Shown: one piece after another, positions 26,279 to 36,232 of the stretch
Numbering within the stretch: the first letter of the stretch is position 1
How the letters are laid out: each line of letters begins with the position of its first letter
Source: a virus
IMG/VR virus record: IMGVR_UViG_3300021225_000287
Span: 3,826-67,825 of that record
Length of the DNA: 64,000 nucleotides
Reading direction: 5' to 3' (one strand)
Notes under the pieces: model-generated
The model's database searches: none
Told to the model about the DNA's origin: nothing
Seen by the model: the letters and a program-made list of their open reading frames with translations, nothing else
Program-made: the position numbers and the translations under genes

Positions 26279-28570
26279 TTAACCCTGCTTATTTGTTTGA
26301 GCAGTTACACCAGACTGGCCGCCACCCACGCCACCAAGAATACCAACACCCTGATTACCTAAGGCGGACGGCCCACCCCAGACACTGCCCGCATTCTGCG
26401 ACTGCTGGTTGTACCAGTTCTGCCCAAGACCTTGCAGCGTACCGCCAGCGTTTCCAAACATGCCAACGAGGTTGGAATTGTAATTTCCGATCTGGGTGCC
26501 CAGAGACCCTAACCCTTGCGCACCTTGCAGTGATTGGCTTAACGCACCGATGTTCTGCTGATTGGCTTGGAGCCCCGCCTGCTGATTAGCCATTTGTCCC
26601 TGCAAGCTCTGTTGTGCATTAAACTGCGAGGCGGCGTTTGCGGCAATTTGGTTCTGTTGTTCAGCCGTGAGCTGCCCACCATACGATTGCATGGCTGCCT
26701 GCAAGGCGTTATTTACCGCAGACTGTCGCTGCTGATTGATAGCCGCTTGGTTCTGCTGGTTCGCCTGTTGCGAGAACTGCGCGTTCTGTAGATTAGATTG
26801 GAACCCGCCTAAACCATATTGCTGATTAGCGAGCTCTGCTTGTTGTGCGAGCTGAGCATTCTGGTTAGCGACATTCCAGTCCATACTCTGATTCGCTTGC
26901 TGCGCAGCGAGCTGTTGAGCTACGTAGTTGTTGTATGCCGTATTCTGCGATTGAGCGTTGAATTGCGCGGAGGCATTTGCGGCTACTTGATTTTGCTGAG
27001 CGGCGGTGAGCTGCCCACCATACGCCTGCATAGCGGCTTGCAAAGCGTTACTTACATACTGCTGCCGCTGCTGATTGGTAGCCGCCTGATTAGCCAACTC
27101 TGTCTGTTGGGCCGCTGAAAGATTAGCCTGCCCGGCTTGCACACCTAAACCCTGCTCGGCAGAGAACTGTCCCATACCCGACTGGTAGGCTTGCTGGAGA
27201 CCTTTTTCTTCGATGTCATTCAACAGCATTGCTTGGTCACGCGCCGCATTAGCACGTTCAACCGCCAAACGTGACCCACCAAAAGCCTTCGCCCCTACAG
27301 CCTGTTTGTTCAGTTCGTTAAGACGTTTGGCGTAGTCATAGCCCGCTTCCCGTTTTTGAATGTTGGTGACATTTTGTTGGTATGGGCTCATATACTGAGC
27401 CGCGGTTCCCGCATCGGTCCATGACTTGGGCGCAGCCATCTGATTGAGTTTGGCCTGTGCAGACTCATAATTTTTTACCGCCGCTTCCGTAGGCGCCTGC
27501 ATCATCTCGGCTTTGTACCGCTCAACTTGCGCCATCTGGGCAGCAATATCGCGCACATCCCCGCGCTTAATCTGCGCGGCAGTAGCCTCACGTCCTTGCA
27601 TCTGCGCAGCCTGCATCTGCGCTGCGTCGTAGTCTTTTACTTCCGCCTGCGTAGGCGCTTTCATGCGCGCTGCAGTGTAATCCTGTGTACTTACATTTTT
27701 GGGTGCATATTTGGCTGCATCTTTTAACCCAGAAATAGCCTCGTTATAGGCTGTAGTAGCCTGACCAAACTGCTCCGGTTGTTTCTGCATACCCTGCAAC
27801 TGGCGGATGGCTTCTGAATACAACGGGTTGGTTGTAACGCCCGCGAGATTGCCTTCTTTAATAGCTTTCTCATACACACCGGGATCAAACCCGAACTTAC
27901 CCGCTTGGTTCAAATAAGCGTCAGAGGCGGTGAGCCCTTCTTTCCTAGCGGCGTCTAAAAGTGCCGTTTTTTCCTGTCCCGCAGGGCTTGCTTGATATGC
28001 CTTACTCGCAGAATCTACAGACTTGGCAACCGCCGGATTCTTAGGCGTACCTGTACCTGTCTCCGAATAAGGAGAAACATTGAGCCCTGTGTTCTTTTCG
28101 ATCTTATCAAGCCGCGCTCTTTGAGCATCAGTGACTGTACCTGCCTCAATCGCCTTATTGATTTTTAAAACAGCTTGGCGTTGAGCAGGAGAGAGTGATT
28201 TTACATCTCCGCCCGGAGCGTATCCACGCCGCGGGTCGCGTACAGGTTCATCATCCAAACTCATGATGCCGCCTTGAGCTGCCGTCTTAGGCGGCTGGTA
28301 TTGAACCTGCGATGTCACAGGGTTATTCGCTCGATTGAGAGCGGTCAGCGTTTCCTCTGAAGATGCTCCCTCAGGAAGGCCTAGGAATTTGCGCGTCTGC
28401 GCAGGATCGCCTTTCTGAAAACCCATCAGCATGTCCTGCTGATTCTTGATGTTGGCAAGAGCGGGTTTAAGAATAGGTAGCGCCAGTTTGGTGGCCTGAG
28501 GTGAACCCCAGATACCCGTGGCAAGCTGCTGATACTGTGACGTACTTGAAGGAACTGATGAGCCGCCCAT
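26279..28570 (-). CDS. Putative DNA pilot/ejection protein, Gln/Ala-rich with internal repeats
   Basis: YMSPYQQNV, GAKAFGGSR; duplicated ALQAAMQxYGGQLTAxQQNQxAANAxxQFNAQ. Confidence 0.65.
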   Translation of the reverse strand: MGGSSVPSSTSQYQQLATGIWGSPQATKLALPILKPALANIKNQQDMLMGFQKGDPAQTRKFLGLPEGASSEETLTALNRANNPVTSQVQYQPPKTAAQGGIMSLDDEPVRDPRRGYAPGGDVKSLSPAQRQAVLKINKAIEAGTVTDAQRARLDKIEKNTGLNVSPYSETGTGTPKNPAVAKSVDSASKAYQASPAGQEKTALLDAARKEGLTASDAYLNQAGKFGFDPGVYEKAIKEGNLAGVTTNPLYSEAIRQLQGMQKQPEQFGQATTAYNEAISGLKDAAKYAPKNVSTQDYTAARMKAPTQAEVKDYDAAQMQAAQMQGREATAAQIKRGDVRDIAAQMAQVERYKAEMMQAPTEAAVKNYESAQAKLNQMAAPKSWTDAGTAAQYMSPYQQNVTNIQKREAGYDYAKRLNELNKQAVGAKAFGGSRLAVERANAARDQAMLLNDIEEKGLQQAYQSGMGQFSAEQGLGVQAGQANLSAAQQTELANQAATNQQRQQYVSNALQAAMQAYGGQLTAAQQNQVAANASAQFNAQSQNTAYNNYVAQQLAAQQANQSMDWNVANQNAQLAQQAELANQQYGLGGFQSNLQNAQFSQQANQQNQAAINQQRQSAVNNALQAAMQSYGGQLTAEQQNQIAANAASQFNAQQSLQGQMANQQAGLQANQQNIGALSQSLQGAQGLGSLGTQIGNYNSNLVGMFGNAGGTLQGLGQNWYNQQSQNAGSVWGGPSALGNQGVGILGGVGGGQSGVTAQTNKQG

Positions 28571-28581
28571 AGCGATACCTC

Positions 28582-28989
28582 TTAAAGCGATGCGCTAATT
28601 ATATGATATTTATGTTCAAGACCATACCGCCGCCATAACCGCAGGATTTCATCCCGCGCGCCAGCTTCCACACAAGTGGCTCCGTTGGAACGGAGTACGT
28701 CAAAGAACTGATTGCCTGTCTCGTGACCTGTCACGAGGCGCCCGCCAAGGGCGATAATAAACGCGACCCTATCTCTAGGACGATTGAAATACTGTATGGC
28801 TGCCGCTCCTTTGAACTTACCCGGTTCATCGAAAGCCACAACCAATGACCACGCACCCGTGGTCAAATAAACTCGTGCTTCATCCAGTGTGTAGTCACCG
28901 CATGAATAGTCCAGCGCCGAACTGATGTAGTCTTCTACCAGAGGTAGAATTTGGTTTACAAGCTGTACAGGTACTTCTTGGACATTCAT
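28582..28989 (-). CDS. Hypothetical protein, possibly GNAT-fold
   Basis: AFIIALGG...GATCVEAGAR..ILRLWRRYG; this position often holds a GNAT-like gene in podoviruses. Confidence 0.5.
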   Translation of the reverse strand: MNVQEVPVQLVNQILPLVEDYISSALDYSCGDYTLDEARVYLTTGAWSLVVAFDEPGKFKGAAAIQYFNRPRDRVAFIIALGGRLVTGHETGNQFFDVLRSNGATCVEAGARDEILRLWRRYGLEHKYHIISASL

Positions 28990-29831
28990 GCCGCATGCCG
29001 TGCCTTGGCACGCTGCTTAGCTAGGCTACCCGCTTTGGGTGGAGGTCCCGCATGAAGGCTGTTGCATAGATGCGTAAGATATTTAGCTCCGGCTTTCGTT
29101 GAGCCGTTACCCAGCGCACTGACTACATCCGCAGGCACCACGTAGTCACCGTTTTTAAGCCGTACAGATCCACCCCGCGCAGCGCGGATGGTAGCTACAC
29201 CGCCTTCGGCTTTACCGGGAAGCCATGAATCAGCTAACTGCTGGCCTTCAGCCGTGGCCTGTTCGATTTTTCTCTGGCCGCTATTGTCATAAGTGACTTG
29301 CGGGCTAGCGATTGTTTCAACGCCTTTAGAGGCTACATTAGAAGCCGCGAAATCTCCTAGCTGTCCAAATCCAGTTATGCCACCAGAAGTCAGGGTTGGG
29401 CCAGCGGCAGGTATTGCTAAACTGCCCCCCGGAGCCGCAGCGGTAGGTGCTGCACTTATAAGTCCCGGTACGATGCCTGATCCTGAACTTGCCGGAACTG
29501 CTCCCGCTGGAATAGCACCGGGGCCGCCCATAGCCGAAATAACACTGCCGGGCATAATACCCCCCGTGCTGCTAGTTGCTATTGTAGGCGCCGCTGTTGC
29601 TGCTTCGGTTGCCGCCGCTGCTGGGGCCGCTGCCGCGCCTCCTGTTCCCGCTAAAGCGCCAAGGCCTGTCCCTGCTGTACCCGCCAGAGCTGAAGCCGCG
29701 GTCAAAGATCCGAGACCACCAGCACCTACAGCGGTAGACCCTAAAGCTCCAATACCCAGTGCCGACCCTAAGGATGCAGATAACGCGCCTGCGATGTTTC
29801 CAATAGCGATGCCTGTTCCAATAAAACTCAT
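28986..29831 (-). CDS. Gly/Ala-rich putative internal virion protein
   Basis: Low-complexity N-terminus; C-terminal LKNGDYVVPADVVSALGNGS. Confidence 0.6.
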   Translation of the reverse strand: MSFIGTGIAIGNIAGALSASLGSALGIGALGSTAVGAGGLGSLTAASALAGTAGTGLGALAGTGGAAAAPAAAATEAATAAPTIATSSTGGIMPGSVISAMGGPGAIPAGAVPASSGSGIVPGLISAAPTAAAPGGSLAIPAAGPTLTSGGITGFGQLGDFAASNVASKGVETIASPQVTYDNSGQRKIEQATAEGQQLADSWLPGKAEGGVATIRAARGGSVRLKNGDYVVPADVVSALGNGSTKAGAKYLTHLCNSLHAGPPPKAGSLAKQRAKARHAA

Positions 29832-30259
29832 TGGGGTGCCTCCAGCAGGCGGTTGTATTCTTCCATCGACTCACACACGAGGGCTTTTTCTACCCTATCG
29901 ATAGCCTGCTCTTTGCAGGCGTGGACCGTAAGCCATTCTACTTCTTCATGGACATAGATGAAACGATGCGTACCCTTGGGGGTGATGAAAACATCAGGGG
30001 CCCTGATATCCCGCTTATTACCATGCTCATCCATGATTGTGATATGCCCGCGAAGACAAACCGCTATATGATCAGATCGATGAACCTTGGTGGTAAAAAC
30101 TACCCCAGTAGGAACGACAATACGACGCCCGTACAGATCAGGTGTATGGTAATGAATAGGATCGGGATTAACGCGCTCAAGATGGTGCTCATCAATGAAC
30201 GCCTCCATGGAGGCTGTGATTTCATCAATTGAGGGAACCTCTTTAACTACGGCATTCAT
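29828..30259 (-). CDS. Cupin-fold protein
   Basis: YGRRIVVPTG...KVHRSDH...APDVFITPKGTHR...WLTVH. Confidence 0.65.
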   Translation of the reverse strand: MNAVVKEVPSIDEITASMEAFIDEHHLERVNPDPIHYHTPDLYGRRIVVPTGVVFTTKVHRSDHIAVCLRGHITIMDEHGNKRDIRAPDVFITPKGTHRFIYVHEEVEWLTVHACKEQAIDRVEKALVCESMEEYNRLLEAPQ

Positions 30260-31650
30260 GCGATACCCAGCTCTCTCTTAGCGGCCTCAAGACCTGCGTC
30301 TTCGTTGATCTGTTCTTCACGACCATAAGCAGCCTTGCGAACACTCCTAAGAAGGTCATCCAGACGATCTACACCGATCATGTCCACGATATGCTTGGGC
30401 ACAATAAATTCACCGTCCGCTACACGGATAGGTTCCTGCCCTTCAATGTTGGCATCGATGTCATCAGACATGCCGTCACCTTCACCATCCAGCAGGCCGC
30501 CTTCAGCGTAGCCTTCAATAACCTCTTGCCTCTGAGGCGTAGCCGCCGGGTATGGATGAGCGCTAGCGATTTGCGACATAGGGTAATAACCCTGCGGAGG
30601 CTCTGGATTAAGATTAATGTAGCCACCTGTGGCATAGCTTCCCAGACCCTGCATATAAGCAGGCATCCCTCCTGCGCTTTTAACCTTATCTACGAGATGC
30701 TCGGGAATCCGTACCTGTACCGGAACCCCATTATTACTCTGCATAATGACAGGGCCACCACCTGCGTAGCCGTACGTCGAGCGCGCCAAATTAGTCGCCT
30801 GCAGATCCGTCAGGAACATACGCTTACGCATCTCTTCTTCAGCCTGTTGCGCTGAGTCCTTAGACTCCTGCTCTGAAGTTACCGCGTTACCAATCATCCC
30901 TGCTTGAAACAGGTATGGCACATAGTCCTCGTACTTCTTGAAACCTTCCTTAGTAAAGGCGGTCTGCGCAGCGGTACCCAGATTATCGAAGAAGCCGGGC
31001 TTTTCTCCGGCACTAGTGCCACTCGCGCTTTGCCCTGTTGGTGTAACAGGCAGGCTCTGAGCTTGCGCGGCGATATTTGGTTGTGTCTCTCCGGTAAGCT
31101 GCCGCAGCTTATCCATATCCGTGAGGTTTCCGGTGGGAGTTGCCTCTATAGGCGCTCTAGACATATTGTCGTTTAGCGGCTTTTCGCCTAAGAGCTGACC
31201 AAACTTGGCTTGATCATCGCCCATCTGTGGGAACACATCTTCCGCAGCAAAAGCTCCGAGCCCGCCAGACATACCGCCCTGCAACGCACCACCCAAAGCA
31301 CCTGCCTTCCCTCCCGTGGCTCCGCCAATCGCTGCACCAAGTCCCGCGCCAGCCAAAGCGGGTACAGCCTTACCAACGGCTTCTTTCATCAAGTCGCCCG
31401 TGACCCCACCAAGGGCCTCATTAATAACCGGACTCAGCGCAGCACCCACACCAAAGCTGCCCATACCTGTCAGTGCGCTACCCAACAAATTGCTCCAGCC
31501 ATAAGCTTCAGGGAGCCCGGTCTTCGGATTCGTTGTTGTAGGTCCTAGAAACTGACTTAGTACAGCAACCTCATTCGGGTTCACATGCATCAGCATGGAA
31601 TCGCCATTGCGCCCAAGAGCAGCCAATCCTTTCGCGGTGTTGTGATACAT
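30256..31650 (-). CDS. Putative internal virion/ejection protein
   Basis: GRNGDSMLMHVNP...NPKTGLPE N-terminus; C-terminal YAEGGLLDGEGDGMSDDI...VADGEFIVP. Confidence 0.65.
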   Translation of the reverse strand: MYHNTAKGLAALGRNGDSMLMHVNPNEVAVLSQFLGPTTTNPKTGLPEAYGWSNLLGSALTGMGSFGVGAALSPVINEALGGVTGDLMKEAVGKAVPALAGAGLGAAIGGATGGKAGALGGALQGGMSGGLGAFAAEDVFPQMGDDQAKFGQLLGEKPLNDNMSRAPIEATPTGNLTDMDKLRQLTGETQPNIAAQAQSLPVTPTGQSASGTSAGEKPGFFDNLGTAAQTAFTKEGFKKYEDYVPYLFQAGMIGNAVTSEQESKDSAQQAEEEMRKRMFLTDLQATNLARSTYGYAGGGPVIMQSNNGVPVQVRIPEHLVDKVKSAGGMPAYMQGLGSYATGGYINLNPEPPQGYYPMSQIASAHPYPAATPQRQEVIEGYAEGGLLDGEGDGMSDDIDANIEGQEPIRVADGEFIVPKHIVDMIGVDRLDDLLRSVRKAAYGREEQINEDAGLEAAKRELGIA

Positions 31651-31658
31651 ATCTGCTC

Positions 31659-32000
31659 CTACGGGACGATTTTTAAGGTGCCGCTGTCGTTCCAAACATC
31701 CCCTGAAGAAAGCCCCGTTGAGGCTGTGGGGAGATCCTGAAAGTTGACAATGGTCTTGTTAACCAATGGATTTGTTGGGTCTATTATATATTCAACTGAA
31801 GCGACAGGCTGTGTGGCTCCAGACCCCGTCAAAGACAACGTAAGCTGAGTTCCACGGATAGGCCCCGGATTGGCCTGCTGTTCCATGTAAAAGTTGATCA
31901 GTCGTACCAAAGCGTTCATGTACTGAACGTCATACTCCAGCGGAGCCAGAGGTAGAACTGCACGAGCAGGCTTAGCGTTTCCGTAGTTTTTAATGGTCAT
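31659..32000 (-). CDS. Small tail protein
   Basis: LPLAPLEYD...LPTASTGLSSGDVWNDSGTLKIV; follows the nozzle-like gene. Confidence 0.6.
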   Translation of the reverse strand: MTIKNYGNAKPARAVLPLAPLEYDVQYMNALVRLINFYMEQQANPGPIRGTQLTLSLTGSGATQPVASVEYIIDPTNPLVNKTIVNFQDLPTASTGLSSGDVWNDSGTLKIVP

Positions 32001-34234
32001 CTGCGGCCATCCGGCTGGATCTCAAGCCTAGGTACACCCAACTGCCACTTCACACCCACATCATCACTGCTGATTCTAAAGGCCACCTGACGCCCGCGAA
32101 GCCTGATCCACATCTGCTCTGTGTAGTTATAGACCTGCGTAGTGACTTCGTTACCTGAAACAGACGGCGTTTGCGTGCTTTGAAAGAGCCCTTGACCCGG
32201 ATAGTTACGTGCTGAAATGGTCATCGTCACCATAGGCGATGTATTGGTTGAACCAATAAAATCAACGTCAGGAATAACCCGTTTCACAAAGCTGAAGCTG
32301 TCGCCCTCACCCAAGTCAAAGTCTGCACTTTCAATATAAGCCGCGATGGCACTCGGAGGATTTGTCGTTCCGTCGTTGATACCGCTTTCATGTTGAACCA
32401 ACTGACCATCTATCGTTGCCCAAGGCAGGCCCTGAATATGAGAGTCCAACCACGCGGTGCGCTCCATCTGCCCGTAGTACCAGAGTTTTTCGAGATAGTT
32501 GTAGATGACATAACGGTTCAGAATGACAGAATCCGCGGAAGGGTAGAACCACCAGATTTCGTTGTACTTCTCGTTGGTCCCGCAAACGACCTGATCCGAC
32601 TGATCCGTATTGAAATCGTCGAAGATGTACTGGCGCAAGGAGCAAGGGAGTGTATCCACACGCCCGGAGTACGCATAGAACTTGTCGATCCCCATCCAGT
32701 ACGTGATGTTATTTGCAGTAATCGCGGCATTAGGCGAAGCGATGGTAATCTCGTTGGAGATCGTATTGAACCCGAAAATAAATGGCTGTCCTTGGTACTG
32801 CATGGAGTAGAGCGCAGCATCGGTCCAGATCAACACTTCCTGTCGCGTCTTTTCCGCTGTAACAATCTCACTGCCATAGGTCAGTCGGTAGAACCCCGCC
32901 GTGTTCGTAATGTCCGTCGGGTCCCAAATCAAGTAGTCTTCCTGTGTGCACCACTGCACCAAAAGAGGGTCCCGCGTAGCGTTCTTGGCTGTACCTGTAC
33001 CTGTGCCCACGCCTGTGGCCGTGAAGTATTGACCGATCTCGTTCTTGGATGCACCAACCAACGTGAAGTCCGTAGAGCCCACAAAGGTGATGACGTAGTC
33101 TACGCCTACAACAAAAGCACCCGCCGTAACATCAGGGATTGTCGGATCACTGCACCCAAGAGCCACGATGTGGCGCTCATCCGTCACCAAGACACGGGTA
33201 GATACCGCAGGGGCATAGCCGTCCGTACCCGGAAGATCGATGATATTAACGCCACGAGTCGTAATCTGACCGGAAGAAGAAATGTCAGCGCCAGACCAAT
33301 AGAAGATGGGGCCATACTCAGGATTAAAGAATAAATCCTGCCCGAAGCTGTCGGCACTCCACAAACGAATTTCCGTCGATAACCCATCGCCTTCATAGGG
33401 GGTGTTCCACCCGTGGTTACCATTCCAAGGCCCTGCGCCCCAGCCCATACCGAAGACCGTTGCATCAAGCCCGGTAACCAACTGGTAAGCCGCAACAACA
33501 GGCGCTGTCCCACCTCCGGCGGTAGCCGCTGTAGACTGAACGCCTATATCAAAAATGATATAACTGCCCGCAGCGTCCGTAATCTGATATTCAGCATTCA
33601 AGTTACCCGTGGTGTACGGACCAAAAGCCGTGGCATCGCTGAAGGTTACAAAATCGTTTTGCGTCGCGTTGTTGTTCGGGCTGTTCACCACCATGTAGGA
33701 ACTAGAAACAGCATCGCCAGAAGAGTGCGTAGCGGCTGTGGTCCCGTTATACCCACGAATGCAATTAGAAAGCGTTGTTCCTGAAGCGTCGCCTACCCAG
33801 ATTTCCTCTGTACCGATCTTGATGACATAAGGCGTAATGCGGGTAAAGGACGTACCACTTACTACGTCGAAAGACGTAGCCGTAGCCGTGATGTTGGAAG
33901 TCAGCGTAGAGTAGATGGGCAGGAAAGGATTGTTCGGAAGGTCCAAGGTCACGCGAATAGGCGTGATATCAAAATACGTACCCCCTACGTAGGCGTAGTA
34001 CTTGAGATTGGTTCCGAGCCCCAGAACGTAAAAACCCGCGAGGGTGACCCACTCAACGATATGTTTGCAAGTGCCCAAGAAAGTAAGACTGGACGCTGCC
34101 GTCCACCCGCCGAGCTTTTCCGGCATTCCAGAGCGAAAGCGAATTTTGTCGCACGCATACCAACCACCCGAGTTGGCAAGATCAGTAGACTCTCGGCTTA
34201 CACCCGGTCTAAATTGGAGGTACTGCAGGGGCAC
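31997..34234 (-). CDS. Tail nozzle/stabilisation protein (tubular B or P22 gp10-like)
   Basis: 745 aa, beta-rich; RFRSGMPEKLGGW, EIWWFYPS, RLRGRQ, C-terminal QPDGRR. Confidence 0.65.
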   Translation of the reverse strand: MPLQYLQFRPGVSRESTDLANSGGWYACDKIRFRSGMPEKLGGWTAASSLTFLGTCKHIVEWVTLAGFYVLGLGTNLKYYAYVGGTYFDITPIRVTLDLPNNPFLPIYSTLTSNITATATSFDVVSGTSFTRITPYVIKIGTEEIWVGDASGTTLSNCIRGYNGTTAATHSSGDAVSSSYMVVNSPNNNATQNDFVTFSDATAFGPYTTGNLNAEYQITDAAGSYIIFDIGVQSTAATAGGGTAPVVAAYQLVTGLDATVFGMGWGAGPWNGNHGWNTPYEGDGLSTEIRLWSADSFGQDLFFNPEYGPIFYWSGADISSSGQITTRGVNIIDLPGTDGYAPAVSTRVLVTDERHIVALGCSDPTIPDVTAGAFVVGVDYVITFVGSTDFTLVGASKNEIGQYFTATGVGTGTGTAKNATRDPLLVQWCTQEDYLIWDPTDITNTAGFYRLTYGSEIVTAEKTRQEVLIWTDAALYSMQYQGQPFIFGFNTISNEITIASPNAAITANNITYWMGIDKFYAYSGRVDTLPCSLRQYIFDDFNTDQSDQVVCGTNEKYNEIWWFYPSADSVILNRYVIYNYLEKLWYYGQMERTAWLDSHIQGLPWATIDGQLVQHESGINDGTTNPPSAIAAYIESADFDLGEGDSFSFVKRVIPDVDFIGSTNTSPMVTMTISARNYPGQGLFQSTQTPSVSGNEVTTQVYNYTEQMWIRLRGRQVAFRISSDDVGVKWQLGVPRLEIQPDGRR

Positions 34235-34246
34235 GGTGGGCCTCCT

Positions 34247-34834
34247 TTACATGCCAAGAATGAAGTTGATCGCAAACTTCTGCTGTGTGTTCGTAATACC
34301 TGCGTTTAACTGCGTCTGAATATCGCTCGTTACGTTATTCAAATATCCAAGCTCTGTCGTCGTTGTCGCAGATGAAGTCAGCTCTCCACCCGCATCGGTC
34401 ACAATGACAACGTCTGGATCGTATATCGACGTAGGGCTCGCCAAAGCAAAGTCAGTCCCATCAGAATACACAAACGCATTGGTCCCAGAAACAATGGTCG
34501 GACCTACACTGCCTACGGCATCCGTAACGATTTCAATATCATCATCAGATCCGTTAATGACAACGTACACTTTGGAAACCGCAGGGGCGATAACCTGACG
34601 CGGCGCGCCCGGAGTACCCGTAACACTCAGAATCATCTGTCGAGACTGATCAGAAGTCCCATCCAGCGCGGTTAGTGTTACATCCGCAGCCGTCACATCA
34701 ACCGTAGTCAGACCGCAGATCGCCTGCTCGATGAGCGTGCCGAGGTTCTTGTTAGTGGTGTTACCCCACTGATTAGCCTGTTCGCCAGAGGCGATAAGCT
34801 CAATGCGGAGATTGGTTGAAAATGTAGACGGCAT
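34247..34834 (-). CDS. Tail fibre-associated structural protein
   Basis: MPSTFSTNLRIELIASGEQANQWG; TTTELGYLNNVTSDIQTQLN fibre motif. Confidence 0.6.
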   Translation of the reverse strand: MPSTFSTNLRIELIASGEQANQWGNTTNKNLGTLIEQAICGLTTVDVTAADVTLTALDGTSDQSRQMILSVTGTPGAPRQVIAPAVSKVYVVINGSDDDIEIVTDAVGSVGPTIVSGTNAFVYSDGTDFALASPTSIYDPDVVIVTDAGGELTSSATTTTELGYLNNVTSDIQTQLNAGITNTQQKFAINFILGM

Positions 34835-34843
34835 CGTAGGTAC

Positions 34844-35020
34844 CTACTTCTTTTCTTTGGTGATAACGAGCACCAGCCCAGAAACCGCCACTCCCGCAGA
34901 AGTGATCTCTTTCCAAAGTTCGGGGTCTACATTAACACCTACGCTAACCAAAATAACAGAAAGCCCATACCATGTGGACGGCTCCCGTAAACGATCAAAG
35001 ATCCAAGAAACTGCAGCCAT
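34844..35020 (-). CDS. Putative holin
   Basis: RLREPSTW plus two hydrophobic segments and a basic tail; adjacent to the endolysin. Confidence 0.65.
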   Translation of the reverse strand: MAAVSWIFDRLREPSTWYGLSVILVSVGVNVDPELWKEITSAGVAVSGLVLVITKEKK

Positions 35021-35021
35021 G

Positions 35022-35396
35022 TTACTTCCTCGGTAATTGCCAGTGTGGGCCGTCTTTGAATGAGGTCCAATCTCCACCCCATTCTACCTCAACTTTGACC
35101 TGCTTCGCGGCTTCTTTCACCGCTTCGGCCAGAGGATAGAAATGCTTCCAATCCCATGAGACTTTGTTGTCTACGATGGGGGCCAGATCAACTGCATCGC
35201 CAGTCAGGTGCCTAGAGTTCATGGTCTTAGTCGCGCCCTTCTCGAAGAGGTAAGCTTGGCGTTCTTTGGTCCTAAGCCCTTCAACGACGATGAAGTCAAT
35301 TGGAGTGATCTGGATAGCGCGTTTGACCACTTGCACCAATGCCGGATTGACACCTTCAAGTCGGCGTAACGATTTCTGGCTGAGTATGAAGCTCAT
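35022..35396 (-). CDS. Endolysin, M15-family L-Ala-D-Glu peptidase
   Basis: EGLRT..RQ, SRHLTGDAVD, WGGDW..FKDGPHWQL. Confidence 0.9.
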   Translation of the reverse strand: MSFILSQKSLRRLEGVNPALVQVVKRAIQITPIDFIVVEGLRTKERQAYLFEKGATKTMNSRHLTGDAVDLAPIVDNKVSWDWKHFYPLAEAVKEAAKQVKVEVEWGGDWTSFKDGPHWQLPRK

Positions 35397-36232
35397 TGTT
35401 CGTCCTGTATGGGTGTCCAGTTTGGAGTCTGTGCGTCGTTGATTGTAGTCCAGTTTGCCGTTTGAGCATCCGTAATAGCCTGCCAGTTGGCATTCTGTGA
35501 GTCAGGGATCTTGATCCAGCCATGCACTTCAAGATACGTCGTAAGGGCAAAGACCTCGTTCTTACTTACAGCAAACTGTGCCGTGATTGCTTGCGCTGAA
35601 TCGGAAGCTACATTCTCATCAACACTAAAACTAAACCCGGCGCTGGCGGTATTGGCATCCGCTATGTCAAAGGTTTCTGTGATACTGAAGAGAACCAGCA
35701 GCCCTCCTACAAAGTCATCCAGACTGGTAAAGGCTTCATCAACAGACCCAGCAAACTGAGCGGTAATCGTAATCGCATCCGAAAGGGTTGTGTCCTCGGT
35801 CACTGTAGCAGCAAAACCCGCTTGTACGCTGATCGTATCAGTCAGCGTAACATCCTCGACCACGCCCGCGTAGAACACACTGGATTCTGAATCCAAATTA
35901 TCTAAAACAAAGTTCTCATCCAACGACTGCAAGAAGGCGCTATTCACCGTATAGGTGTCCGTAAGGACCGCATCTTCCGTAATGGACGAGACAAACTGCG
36001 CTGTTATAGCGAACGCCGCATCAGAAGTAAGAGACTCAGTTACCGTCTGGTAAACGCCCAGCGTTGCTGTATAGGCATCGGCGCTCGTGAATGCTTCGGT
36101 CAAAGTAACCGGAAAGGAAAAAGAAGAAGTAGCGGCGTCCACTAACGAAATATCTTCTGTCAAAGACAGAATGAACGCATTCCCCGACTGCCCCGCGAAC
36201 GGAGCTCCCGATATGGGATACCTACCGAACAT
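35393..36232 (-). CDS. Acidic Ser/Thr-rich repeat structural protein
   Basis: About ten 20-aa repeats ([LIV][TD]E.....D) and 11-aa Trp repeats at the C-terminus. Confidence 0.65.
   Translation of the reverse strand: MFGRYPISGAPFAGQSGNAFILSLTEDISLVDAATSSFSFPVTLTEAFTSADAYTATLGVYQTVTESLTSDAAFAITAQFVSSITEDAVLTDTYTVNSAFLQSLDENFVLDNLDSESSVFYAGVVEDVTLTDTISVQAGFAATVTEDTTLSDAITITAQFAGSVDEAFTSLDDFVGGLLVLFSITETFDIADANTASAGFSFSVDENVASDSAQAITAQFAVSKNEVFALTTYLEVHGWIKIPDSQNANWQAITDAQTANWTTINDAQTPNWTPIQDEQ

Noticed and set aside
32390-33334. 314-aa + strand ORF
   Set aside because: Antisense shadow of the tail nozzle gene with no recognisable domain.
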